Assembly: GCF_009914755.1 (NCBI RefSeq)
Contig: NC_060935.1
DNA: 64,000 nucleotides
Source: the human T2T-CHM13v2.0 reference genome, Homo sapiens
Direction: 5' to 3' (one strand)
Shown here: positions 14,853-32,669 of the stretch, piece after piece
How the letters are laid out: each line of letters starts with the position of its first letter
Position numbering within the stretch: position 1 is the stretch's first letter
Program-made: the position numbers and the translations under genes
The notes under the pieces: model-generated
Database searches by the model: none
Seen by the model: only the letters and a program-made list of their open reading frames with translations
What the model was told of the DNA's origin: nothing

Positions 14853-15869
14853 TGTTTTATTTTTATTTAAGGAGGAACATAACTTATCCTGAAAACTGTC
14901 CCAGAGTTTAAAAAAAGACCAGGTTTGGGAATTCACACGGAGATGGAGAGAGGAAAGAACAACAGAACAGAGGTGAAGACAAGACCAAAGACTCAAACGC
15001 TGTCTCCTACATGAAGCTTCACAGACCCTTCCAACTAAAACTAATCACTATCCTCTATCCCAAAAATACATGGTGACAGTGCCATTCTAGAAACACTTCA
15101 TGTTAGAAGATTTAGTTGTTTATGCAACTGCTTCCCTCCTGGACTATGAGCTCTGAAAGCAGAGTCTATTTTATTAACCTATGGAGTGCCCCACTGGCTA
15201 ATAAAGAGCCAAGAACACCAAGACATGTACATTATGTACAGTATGGACATGTACATTATGTACAGTATGTACATATACATGTACATGTATGATTAACAGA
15301 ATTGAACCAAAGAGTGTTAGAGCTTGGTAGGACCTCAAAGATCATTTAATTTAAGCCCTTCATTTTGCAACTGGGAAAACAAAGACTAAGTGACTCACTC
15401 AAAGTCACAGAGCAGGTCACAAATCCAGAACAGGACCTCAGGCCCCTAGAGTCCCAGCCAAAAGAGTGGCAGTGAGGCTGCTCTTCTACTCAAAGGACAA
15501 GAGATCTCCTGTGCTTATTGGTTAGTTCAAAGACACTGAGCCATTGCAGTGGGAGGTCTAAGGCTCTGAATCAGGAACTGTTACATTCCAAGCGGTTGAC
15601 ACTCTGAATACCAGGCCAAGTCCTTTGTCTCAGGACAGAAGGGCTCAGAAAAACCTGGCAGAACCACCCTTGTTTGATGCAGAGGCCCCAGAACATTTTA
15701 GGCTGCAGCCTTGGGCAAAGAGCCAGGAAGAGTTTTATTGTGATGAAGACGTAGAAAAATTGGGGAAAAAATGGAGGATGGGCACAATGAAGAGGTAGAT
15801 TCCTAGCAGCACCAACGCCAGGAAAGCACTCTTGATGGAAAAGGAAGTACACTTTTAGAAGAAGTTAGG

Positions 15870-16163
15870 TCATGCCTGTAATCCAGCACTTTGGGAGGCC
15901 GAGGAGGGCGGATTACTTGAAGTCAGGAGTTCAAGACCAGCCTGGCCAACATGGCGAAACCCCATCTCTACTAAAAATACAAAAATTAGCCAGGTGTGGG
16001 GGCCCATGCCTGTAATCCCAGCTACTACTTGGGAGGCTGAGGCATGAGAATCACTTGAACCCAGGAGGCAGAGGCTGCAGCAGTGAGCCAAGATCATGCC
16101 AATGAACTCCAGCCTGGGTGATGGAGTGAGACTGTCTCAAAAAAAAAAGAAGAAAAAAAAGAA
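15870..16163 (+). mobile_element. AluS
   Basis: Dimer with A tail, first ~18 nt missing. Confidence 0.85.
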
Positions 16164-16175
16164 GCTAAAGGCTCA

Positions 16176-16564
<389 letters not shown>

Positions 16565-16634
16565 TCAATCTCCATCACCACTCCATCACCACTGCTGGCC
16601 CACTCACCACCAATCTCCATTGAAATCACTGGGG

Positions 16635-16694
16635 TGCTCTTCCAGCCTCCTTGAGTGACATCTCCAGGCATGGGAGCGAATCAGATGGATAGGG
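16635..16694 (+). repeat. Isolated ~60-bp L1 5'UTR fragment matching 20301-20353
   Basis: 51/53 identity to the 5'UTR of the L1 located 3.7 kb downstream. Confidence 0.85.
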
Positions 16695-16724
16695 GTACTA
16701 TTTAAGACATAGAGTTTTACAACT

Positions 16725-17994
<1,270 letters not shown>

Positions 17995-18007
17995 CTGTAT
18001 GTTCTTA

Positions 18008-18008
<1 letters not shown>

Positions 18009-18048
<40 letters not shown>

Positions 18049-18066
18049 CACGCACACACACACACA
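18009..18066. repeat. (CA)n microsatellite
   Basis: About 28 CA/CG units. Confidence 0.95.
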
Positions 18067-18319
18067 GTTTTAGGTCTAACACCAAAACTACTAAATCAGG
18101 ACACCTGGGAATCAGAATTTTACACAAATTCCCCACGTATTTTTGAAAAATGGCCGAATTCAGAAAACACTCGCTTCAAAATAAAGTCCAAATTTGATTT
18201 CTGCATCGAAAGCCCTGCGTGATCCCATCCCTTTTTATCTTTCATTCTCACCACTTGCTCTTGCCTCAGGCCTCACTCTGTTTTGGCCTCTGGCCTGCGT
18301 ACCAGGAGGAACTACTGTC

Positions 18320-18601
18320 GGCCAGGCACGGTGGCTCATACCTGTAATCCCAGCACTTTGGGAGGCCCAGACAGGCAGATCACGAGGTCAGGAGATCCAG
18401 ACCATCCTGGCCAACATGGTGAAACCCCGTCTCTACTAAAAATACAAAAATTAGCCAGGTGTGGTGGCGCGCGCCTGTAGTCTCAGCTACTTGGGAGGCT
18501 GAGGCAGGAGAATCACTTGAACCTGGGAGGCGGAGGTTGCACCACTGCACTCCAGCCTGGCGACAGAGAGTGACTCCATACCCCCCCTCAAAAAAAAAAA
18601 A
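18320..18601 (+). mobile_element. AluSc-like with small right-arm deletion
   Basis: gatcacgaggtcaggagatc; ggttgc joined directly to accactgcac; TSD tactgtc. Confidence 0.85.
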
Positions 18602-18605
18602 GACA

Positions 18606-18716
18606 TACTGTCCAGCTGAACTTTCTATAATGATGGAAATATTCTAGTATATCTGTGCTGTCCAATATAGTAGCTATTAGCCACATGTAGCTACTAAGTA
18701 CTTGATATGTGGCTAT
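18606..18716 (+). mobile_element. MER3 (hAT-Charlie) fragment
   Basis: gaactttctataatgatggaaatattcta...gctgtccaatatagtagctattagccacatgtagcta. Confidence 0.7.
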
Positions 18717-18786
18717 TGAACAGCACAGGACTAGAGCAATAACTAGGTCTCTAGAAGAAAAAGAGAGGGCATGGTTAAAACTCAAA

Positions 18787-19050
18787 ACAGAAAACCAAAC
18801 ACCACACGTTCTCACTCATAGGTGGGAACTGAACAATGAGAACACTTGGACACAGAGCAGGGAACATCACACACTGGGGCCTGTCGTTGGGTGGGGGGAT
18901 GGGGAAGGGATAGCATTAGGAGAAATACCTAATGTAAATGACAAGTTAATGGGTACAGCAAACCAACATGGCACATGTATACATATGTAACAAACCTGCA
19001 CGTTAGGCACATGTACCCTAGAACTTAAAGCATAATAAAAATAAATAAAA
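18787..19050 (+). mobile_element. 5'-truncated L1PA5/6-like 3' end
   Basis: gggatagcattaggagaaatacctaatgtaaatgac...gtaccctagaacttaaag; TSD taaaactcaaaaca. Confidence 0.9.
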
Positions 19051-20543
19051 CTCAAAACAACTCCATTTAATTTTTTTCTCACATATTATTGATATGCATT
19101 CATTCATTTAACAAATGTTTATTGCTTACTACATGCCAGGCACTACTCTAGATACTGGTGAAATAGCCATGAACAAAACAAACACCCCTGCCCTCAAAAA
19201 GCTTATGCTCTAATGAGGCCGACTAGTACAGCAGCTAAGAGCAGTGACTCTGGGGGCCAAGATGGCCAACTAGAAGCAGTGGCGTTTGGAGGCTCCCATC
19301 GAAAAAAAACATAATAAGTATGTGAATCCTTCGCCGGCCACCAAGGATCTAGGTTCTCTCATCAAAATTGACTAGAAGGCTGGCGTGACCCATGGAGAAA
19401 AGGAAGAGCAGTGCGGTACAGCAGCCCACTCAAGAGCTGCACAGGGAAGGGGACCCCCCCTTCCCCCCAGCCAAGGGAGGCAGTGAATGAGCACGCTACC
19501 CAGCCAGGGAGAGTGTGCTTTTTCCACTCAACTTTGCAACCCACGGATCAGAAGATCCCACTAGCAAACCCATGCCACTGGGACACACAGATTCTTACAG
19601 CCTCTTAGCTGGAATCTGCTTAAGCCTACTGAACTCCCTGGGGGAGGGGCGACCAGCACTGGGTTGCAGTGGCCCACTGTCTAAGCCGTTTGAGCTCCTT
19701 GGGGAGGGGCAGCAACCAGCATTGGAACTCGCAACTGCCTGACATGCTAAGCTCCCTGGGCAGGGTAAGGGCAGCACCCATTTCTATAGCTCCAGGCTGT
19801 GTTTTTCCCCTGCTGGAGCCCGGGAGGCTGAATGGCTTGGTCCCAAGACTTGTCCCACAGCCCAACACACAGGCTGTGGCAGTCTGTGGGCAGAGTGCCA
19901 GTTCAGGTCTAACCCTGACCCATCCTTCTTCAGTGAGAGGGGCTTCCCTGCAGGATCTCCAATAACTCCAGCCAGAGGCTCAGGGATGGAATTTGGATCT
20001 CCCTGGACCTGAGCCCCTAGCGGGGACGGGTAGCCATAGTTTCTTTGGACCAGCAGGCTTAGCCTCTCCTGGTAGTTCTGAGGAATCTGGGCAGCCCAGA
20101 TGAGTGGGTATCCCCCCAGCGGAACACACCCTCTCCACCAAGGGACAAAGTGCTTCATTAAACAGGTGCTGCTCCCCGTGCCACCCAAGACCCTTCGACA
20201 GGGTTGTCAAACACCCTATACAGGAGCAATCCTACTGGCATCAGGCTGGTGCCCCTCAAGGTCAGAGGTCCCAGAAGAAGGAGCAGGAACCCATCTTGGC
20301 TGCTCTTCCAGCCTCCTTCAGTGACATCTCCAGGCATGGGAGTGAATCAGATGAACAAGACCTGAAGTGAACCCCCGGCAAACTGCAGCAGCCCTACCTA
20401 CAGAAGAGGGACCTGATTATTGAAAGAAAAACAAACAAGCAGAAAGCAACAACAACAGCATCAACGACAACAAAAAAAGGCTCCCACAAAAACCCCATCC
20501 AAGAGTCAGCAGCCTCAAAGACTGAACTAGACAAACTCACAAA

Positions 20544-21881
<1,338 letters not shown>

Positions 21882-21942
21882 AAGACAAATGACACTATGA
21901 AGAAACTGCATCAACTAGTATGCAAAATAACCAAACAGCATC

Positions 21943-26085
<4,143 letters not shown>

Positions 26086-26270
26086 CACTGAGAACACATG
26101 GACACAGAGAGGGGAACAACACACACCAGGGCCTGTTGCAGGGTGAGGGGTGAGGGAAGGGAACTAAGAGTACGGGTCACTAGGTACAGCAAACCACCAT
26201 GGCACACGTATACCTATGTAACAAACCTGCACGTTCTGCACATGTATCCCATTTTTTTTTTAGAAGAAAT

Positions 26271-26390
26271 CTTTTAAAAAGAAATATTATGCATACACAT
26301 AATATGGCCATTTTGCCAATAACATTCTGATTAGTTCAAAAGTGAAAATTAAAAGTCATGGAGTTTTGCAAAAAGGAAAAAAAAAAAAAA
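26271..26390 (+). other. Putative L1 3' transduction with its own ATTAAA and poly(A)
   Basis: About 100 bp of non-L1 sequence between the L1 end and the poly(A)/TSD; ATTAAA at 26348-26353. Confidence 0.7.
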
Positions 26391-26625
26391 GAGCAAGGAC
26401 TTTGGAGACAGAGAGCTCAGGTTCAGATTCTGGCTCCACTGCTAACCTTCTTGTGTTCTTTGAAAATCACTAAACTTCTCTATAACTCAGTTTCTCACCT
26501 GTAAAATGACCATAATAATAGTACTATCTAACAGGGTTTTTATGAGGATTAAATAAGAGCTAACATATGTAAAGTGTTTAGAACAATGCCCAACATATAA
26601 AAACTAGCTATTATCATTATCATTT
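26391..26625 (+). mobile_element. MIR (continuation of the element split by the L1)
   Basis: ctcagtttctcacctgtaaaatg...gaggattaaataag MIR core. Confidence 0.75.
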
Positions 26626-27479
26626 TATTTTGTTGTTATTATTATGAATGGAGAGGAACACAATTAGCAAATAGCAAAAAGTAAGGACTATTAGTGATAT
26701 AGGAGAAAAATAAAAGAAGGGCAAAGGGAAGAGAGTACCAGGACAGAAGTTACAATTTTTAAGAGGACAGTCAAGGAAAGTCTCACTGAGAAGGTGCTAC
26801 CTAAGAAAAGACCTAAAGGAGGAAAGAGAACAAGCCAGCAGGTATGTGGAGAAGAACGTAACCCCTTTGTGAAGTACTTGGTGTACTTCACCATTTTATA
26901 GATGGGAGAACTGAGTCTCAGACTAAGGAAACTGTTACATGGCTGATAAATGACTGACCTGGAGTTGAATTCAGGACCACCTGATTCCAATCCCTTCTCC
27001 CTTGAGACACTGACTTCCATTCTTTTCTGGACCAAATCAAGATCAAAGGACCCTTTTCACATCAGCTTCTGCTATTGGAACTGAGATTTATAAATTCAAT
27101 ATGACTATACAAGCTCTCTAGGTTAATGGATTAACCAAATAAGTTAAAGGCATAGGCTGTTAACCCACTTGCCCACTCTCACACGCACTCTCTCTCACCC
27201 ACCACTTCCTAAGAAGTTCCACACCAGGACCTCCATGTTAACTGCAGGCAGGGCACAGAAAACAGGCATTTATCAAAACCAACAAGCCTCAAATACCAAG
27301 AAGAAGAGGTAAATTATACATCAGAAACAAAGGCCACTTCTTCTAACCAGGCCTTTGAGGGGAAAAGCTCTGCTAGATGTGGGCTGTGAAGAAACTTGGA
27401 TCAAAAGTGAGGTTCAACCTACTGAATCTGATCTAATCTAACCTTGGTATACAAGATCTATAGAAATAAGAAGAAAGGA

Positions 27480-27516
27480 GCTCCAGTGGCGCAATCAGTT
27501 AGCACATGGTACTTAT
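27480..27516 (+). pseudogene. Tailless 5'-half tRNA-Ile(TAT) retropseudogene
   Basis: gctccagtggcgcaatcagttagcacatggtacttat versus tRNA-Ile-TAT GCTCCAGTGGCGCAATCGGTTAGCGCGCGGTACTTAT; the differences are CpG decay; TSD gaaataag(a/g)agaaa. Confidence 0.85.
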
Positions 27517-28574
27517 GTGAAATAAGGAGAAAAAAAAAAACCCTCCATATCTCACCTTAGCTTTAAAGAAGGCAGTGATTCAAAATACTTTCAACAATAT
27601 TTTCTCTGTATGTTTTGCCTGTGCTCATGAAATCCCTGTGAAAATATTAGAAATCTATTACAGGAAATCATTAGTGCTTCCAGGAGCAGTAGATTCTGGT
27701 CCTCCTCTACAACTTACTAGAAAAGTCACTTCAACTTCTGGGCCTCAGTTCCCCCATCCATTAGAAGCAGAGAATAGACAAGATATTCTTTAAAGGTCCT
27801 CCATCTTTAACCCTCTATAGCATACTATGTTAATATGATAATGTATAACACATTTAATATACTATATATCACATACATAATAATGAAACAGTATTCTGCA
27901 CCTTCAGACTCAGACCCAAAATTCACTGATTCAATAAACATTAAGTACTAATAGTAAATCAGGCATTGAAAACACAGATATGCTAAATGACAAATTCATA
28001 AAAAGCTTCATTCACATATATTGCTTTCCCCACTCACATATATAATCATTTCAGAGTTAAGTTCCTACTAAAACAAACAAATAAAAAAACTTGACTCTAA
28101 GATTCTGTAGGTTTTTAAAAAATCACACTTAAGAGTGTTGCAAATCTTTTATTATCATATATTATACTTAACGACCCTTGAAAAGAAAACACACACACAA
28201 CAAAATCCTCCCTATTAAAACATAGCTCACACTGATATTTCCTGGCTAAATCACTTATAGTCTGAACTACTCAGTTAGAGACTTTTGTTTTTTCCCCACG
28301 AACTATATGGTGGGAGCACGTGTAATTGTGTTCATATCTTTTTCTTACAACCAACCATTAGGTCCTTGGGAACAGACCCAACATCTTATTTTTCTTTGCC
28401 TCCCCAGTAAGACCATTTTATAATTTATTTATGATCCATCCAAGACTCATCCAAAAACAATGTGAAGTGGTTCATCTTATTAAGATATAAAAATAAGACA
28501 GTTAAAGATAAAAATAAACAAAACCCATCTGGGACAAAGTCCATTCTAAATTAAATAATCAAAATTCAGGTCCT

Positions 28575-28770
28575 ACAAAGAGGGGAATAACAGACACTGA
28601 GGCCTACTAGAGGGTAGTGGCTGGGAGGAGGGAGGGGACCCAAAAAATAACTATTGGGTACTGGGGCTTAATACCTGGATGATGAAATAATCTGTACAAC
28701 AAATCTGAGTTTACCTATATAACAAACCTATGTGTGTAATCTTGAACCTAAAAAAAAAGTTAAAAAAAAT
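28575..28770 (+). mobile_element. 5'-truncated L1PA15-17-like 3' end
   Basis: aataactattgggtac...gcttaatacctggatgatgaaataatctgtacaacaaa; TSD aaattca(g/a)gtcct. Confidence 0.8.
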
Positions 28771-28853
28771 TTCAAGTCCTGATAATATCTACCATATACA
28801 TGCCATGTTATTATTGGTAGTTTACTCATTTGTAAATGAACGTGCAATATTAA

Positions 28854-29088
28854 CAACTGACCTCTGAATAATATTACAGGTTTGAAATGTACTGATCCAC
28901 TTATATGCCTCCCTCTGACCCCCTGACCAAATATGGATCACAGGATGCGAAACCAGCATATATGAAGGGCCAACTTTTCATAATCAAGGTCCTGCAGGGC
29001 TAACTGCAGGACTTGGGTATGTGTAGATCTGGGTATTCACAGGGGATCTTGGAATTCAATCCCCTGGGTATACCGAGGGACAACTGTA
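28854..29088. mobile_element. MER8 (Tigger2-derived MITE)
   Basis: caactgacctctgaa...gtttgaa...ccacttata start; atcccc..tataccgagggacaactgta end. Confidence 0.7.
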
Positions 29089-29109
29089 CTTCACAGATAT
29101 AATACAATC

Positions 29110-29320
29110 AGCTGTTAGGCCAGACACTATTCAGTTCAAATCATAGCTCCATCACATAATTAATTGTGTAATCTTGGGCATAGTTACTTAACCTCTTTGG
29201 GTCTTAGCGTCATCTCTCTTAAGTGGTGATAATAACATTTTTACAGCTGATGTAAGAGTTAAATGAAATAGTAAAGCCATTTAGCACAATGTCTAGCACA
29301 TAGTAAGTACTCAATAAAAA
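29110..29320 (+). mobile_element. MIR
   Basis: gttcaaatc...tgtgtaatcttgggcatagttacttaacctct...agcacatagtaagtactcaataaa. Confidence 0.75.
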
Positions 29321-29671
29321 GGAGCATCACCTCTAGATTGTTTATTAAAATATTTTAAATAAGTGGGGGAAAGGCTCTGAAGTTTAAAGTGCTATGAAAT
29401 GTTCAGAATGCTTATTACTATTACTCATATCCAAAATTAAGGAGCAAATTAATAAAAAAGGAAAAAAATATTCAAAGACAGTTGTCTTACACAACATAGT
29501 TCTCTCTTTTGCATTTCTAGCCTCCCTTCAAACATCTTTAATACACAATAAAATATGAGTGGAAATAAATGCAAGCTATGCATTTTCAACTGTCAGAAAG
29601 GTGAGGCCTGGGGCTTTTCCACCAAGTCGGAACAAAATTGCTACGTCTCCTACTTCTAGCCCTGCAGGTAG

Positions 29672-29822
29672 GTGCGTGCGTGCATGCGTGGGTGCGTGTG
29701 TGTGTGTGTGTCCCTGAGAATACCAGGGGTGGGTAGGGGTGTGTGGGTGTTTAGGGGTGTGTGCATATGTGGGTGTGTTTCCCCTGAGAGTACTAGGGGT
29801 GTGTGTGTGTGCACGCACACAT
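29672..29822. repeat. Compound (GT)/(GC) alternating purine-pyrimidine repeat with an internal direct repeat
   Basis: (tg)n tracts separated by two copies of ccctgaga.tac.agggg. Confidence 0.8.
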
Positions 29823-30064
29823 GCCCTAATAGTACTAGACCACAGTAGTTCTCTCAGTCTGTGACCTGCTCTATAGGATGACAGGGGGTACAGCCTCCTG
29901 GCAGCAGAGGACATAAGACAACCAAAAAAGGGTAAGACAGAAGAAAAATACTCAAAAAGCCAGTGTAATATGATCACCAATGGGAACTAGTTTGTGCGTA
30001 TATGTTGAATAAGCCAGTATGTGTGTAGTCACTGATCATTATGTTTTATTGCATTAAAACATAA

Positions 30065-30270
30065 TGATGGCTTTATAAAGGGCAGTTCCCCTGCACATGC
30101 TCTCTTGCCTGCTGCCATGTAAGACATGCCTTTGCTCCTCCTTTGCCTTCCGCCATGACTGTGAGGCCTTCTCAATCATGTGGAACTGTGAGTCCATTAA
30201 ACCTCTTTCCTTTATAAATTACTCAGTTTCAGGTATGTCTTTATTGGCAGTGTGAGAACGAGCTAATACA
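30065..30270 (+). mobile_element. THE1 LTR, 3' part
   Basis: gggcagttcccctgcacatgctctcttgcctgctgccatgtaagac...gagtccattaaacctctt...ctaataca. Confidence 0.85.
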
Positions 30271-31603
30271 CCAGTACAGCATCATTGTTATTACAGATAT
30301 AGTAACTAAGGACCAGAGAGGGAAAGCAGCTTATCCATGATCACACAGGCAAGTCAAGGAGCAGAGCTGGATCAGAACTTAGGACAAGGCTGATTGTGAA
30401 CTTGAGTATAAAGTGTGTTAGGAAGGGAGTCTGTTAAAAACCTTATCATTTGTTAACAAATCTCCAAGGATGGCTTAAGAATTCCCACAGTTACAAATCC
30501 TGCTATTAAGTGGGAGTCACTAAGTAAATCCTGCTAAGTAAATAATTCCCATCCACCACTGCCTTGTTGAATGTTTTTCAAACGTTCACCTCAGAAAAAT
30601 GGGAAATTATGACATGTCATGGACCTTTGAAGCTGCTCAAGAATAGTCAAAGCACCACATATTAAGTACATCAAAGTGAGATGTCCACCACAAAACCCCA
30701 ATTTGTAAAGGGCAAAAAGGCAGACAGTTCTATACCCAACTGCTGTACAGGGTTCCCATAACTAACTTTATAGAGGGATCAGTGGTATTAATAGAAATAA
30801 AAATTAAATCCCCAAATCTAGAATTCTAGGCTTTTAAGACCTATCAGCCTCCACTCTCCAGCACTTAACAATGTTCTAGGCAAACTGAACAGGTGCTTGG
30901 CTTTCTAAACTGTATAAAGAGGAAGAGAAGTATGTGTTCACTTTCCCTCCACAAATTTTATGCCATCTATGTAAATTCAAATCCTGGCCATCCTTCAGGC
31001 CTAGTTCAAAGCTCCCAACTCTGGGAGGCTTTCCCTAAAAAGCCCATAGTACAGAGATCCCCTTTTCACCTTTTTCCTCCAGCATTTCTCACTGCTTTCC
31101 CTTTACCGCCATTCACTTAATTCAACTTGTGCTCTGGCCATATTAGTCTAATTGCTTCTCTCCAAGTGCAGCTAACACTCACTGCCTCCAGAGCTCTGCT
31201 CCGTCTGTTTCTCCCCCATGAAAATCATACCAATCCACTCATAGTGTACTAGAAAGAAGACTAGACAACTCAGATTCAGAATATCTGAGTTGGAACCTTG
31301 GATCCATCTATTCGTAGCTAAGATCCTCCATCCAAGCCTACCTAGCTCTTTCAACTAGGCAACACATCCCCATTATGCAAAACCTGATAATAACCACTAA
31401 TTTAATAAACCTGAGAGGTTATTAGGCATATCTTTGAGGGATAAGAGATAAGGCGTAATCTCTGTCCTCTAAAGAGCACGTGACCTTATGTGAGTAGAAA
31501 ATTAGGAGGTAGTAGAGCCTCGTAGGGAGAAAAACTGGCCTGGAGTCAAGGCATCAAAGTCCTAGTCTCACCTCTGCCACAGAATATGTGGGATCTGGGT
31601 AAG

Positions 31604-31663
31604 TATTAGGTTAGTGCAAAAGTAATTGCAGTTTTTTGCCCTTACTTTTGCACTAACCTAATA
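31604..31663. mobile_element. Internally deleted MADE1 forming a perfect hairpin, inserted in a MIR
   Basis: tattaggttagtgcaaaagtaa-16 nt-ttacttttgcactaacctaata. Confidence 0.9.
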
Positions 31664-31795
31664 CTTTCACTTTATTGGGCCTAAGCTTTCTTCCTCTGTA
31701 AAATGAGCAGGGATTAGAGGCTGTCTCAGCTTTGATATTCTGTGGAAAATAACCACAGTACTAGCCCGTTCATGAGGTAAGCCAAAAGGGGGTAC

Positions 31796-31958
31796 ATCCT
31801 ACCAGGATTCGGAATAATTTCCCATATTGTAACTTATTACTCCGGAAAAAAAGAACCATTTGGATATATAGGTATGGTCTGAGCTATGATATCAATTGGC
31901 TTCCTAGGGTTTATTGTGTGAGCACACCATATATTTACAGTAGGAATGGACGTAGACA
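31796..31958 (+). pseudogene. MT-CO1: NUMT: nuclear copy of mitochondrial COX1 codons ~247-300
   Basis: In the vertebrate mitochondrial code it reads [54 protein letters not shown], with TGA=Trp and the CuB-ligand HH motif. Confidence 0.97.
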
Positions 31959-32366
31959 GATAATGCCTAATGTAATCAGAAACAAGCTGCTGAATTCAAT
32001 GGAAGCTGCTCTGTGACCACCAGATCCAATGGAACCTCAAAGCGGGAATGGAAAAGTTGAAGCCAGATGATGAATGCATCTGTTGCTAGGAGGTCATGGC
32101 TAATCACAGGAACACTTCTCATTCACAGGAAGCTCCACACAAACCCTCCATTCAGGTCCCAAGGTCCCTTCCCACAAAAGGAACCTCGTGGCCCAGAAAA
32201 GGAAAGGTACCAGTCAGGAGCCTGGAGACACAGACAACGGACAAAGCCAAATGGTGCAGAGCCCATTCAGCCCAGAGCCAAGGCCACATCTTGGGCCTTC
32301 TCAATTGTCAGGTTTTTTTTTTTCCTCCCTCGGGTAAAGGGAGCAATAAGCTCCAGTAGCACTGAA

Positions 32367-32669
32367 TTTTTCTTTTTTTTTCTTTTTTTTGAGATGGAGT
32401 CCAGCTCTGTCGCCCAGGCTGGAGTGCAGTGTGCGATCTCAGCTCACTGCAAGCTCTGCCTCCTGGGTTCCCGCCATTCTCCTGCCTCAGCCTCCCAAGT
32501 AGCTGAGACTACAGGCACCGGCCACTACGCCCGGCTAATTTTTTATATTTTCAGTAGAGACGGGGTTTCACCTGTGTTAGCCAGGATGGTCTCGATCTCC
32601 TGACCTTGTGATCTGCCCACCTTGGCTTCCCAAAGTGCTGGGATTACAGGCATGGCCACCGCGCCCGGC
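32367..32669 (-). mobile_element. AluY
   Basis: gcaagctc and gttagccaggatgg diagnostics; TSD ctgaattttt. Confidence 0.9.

Noticed and set aside
15220-15290. Tandem 24-bp repeat with CATG cores resembling p53 half-sites
   Set aside because: The half-sites are imperfect and not adjacent; simple slippage explains the repeat.
30150-30185. PRDM9 hotspot motif in THE1
   Set aside because: The site reads gccttctcaatcatg and does not match CCTCCCTNNCCAC.
31796-31958. NUMT as a translatable nuclear COX1 peptide
   Set aside because: It contains two in-frame TGA codons (stops in the nuclear code) and lacks a promoter and start context.
32067-32603. 178-aa ORF next to the NUMT
   Set aside because: No recognisable domain, it ends in an Alu, and it is not contiguous with the COX1 fragment.
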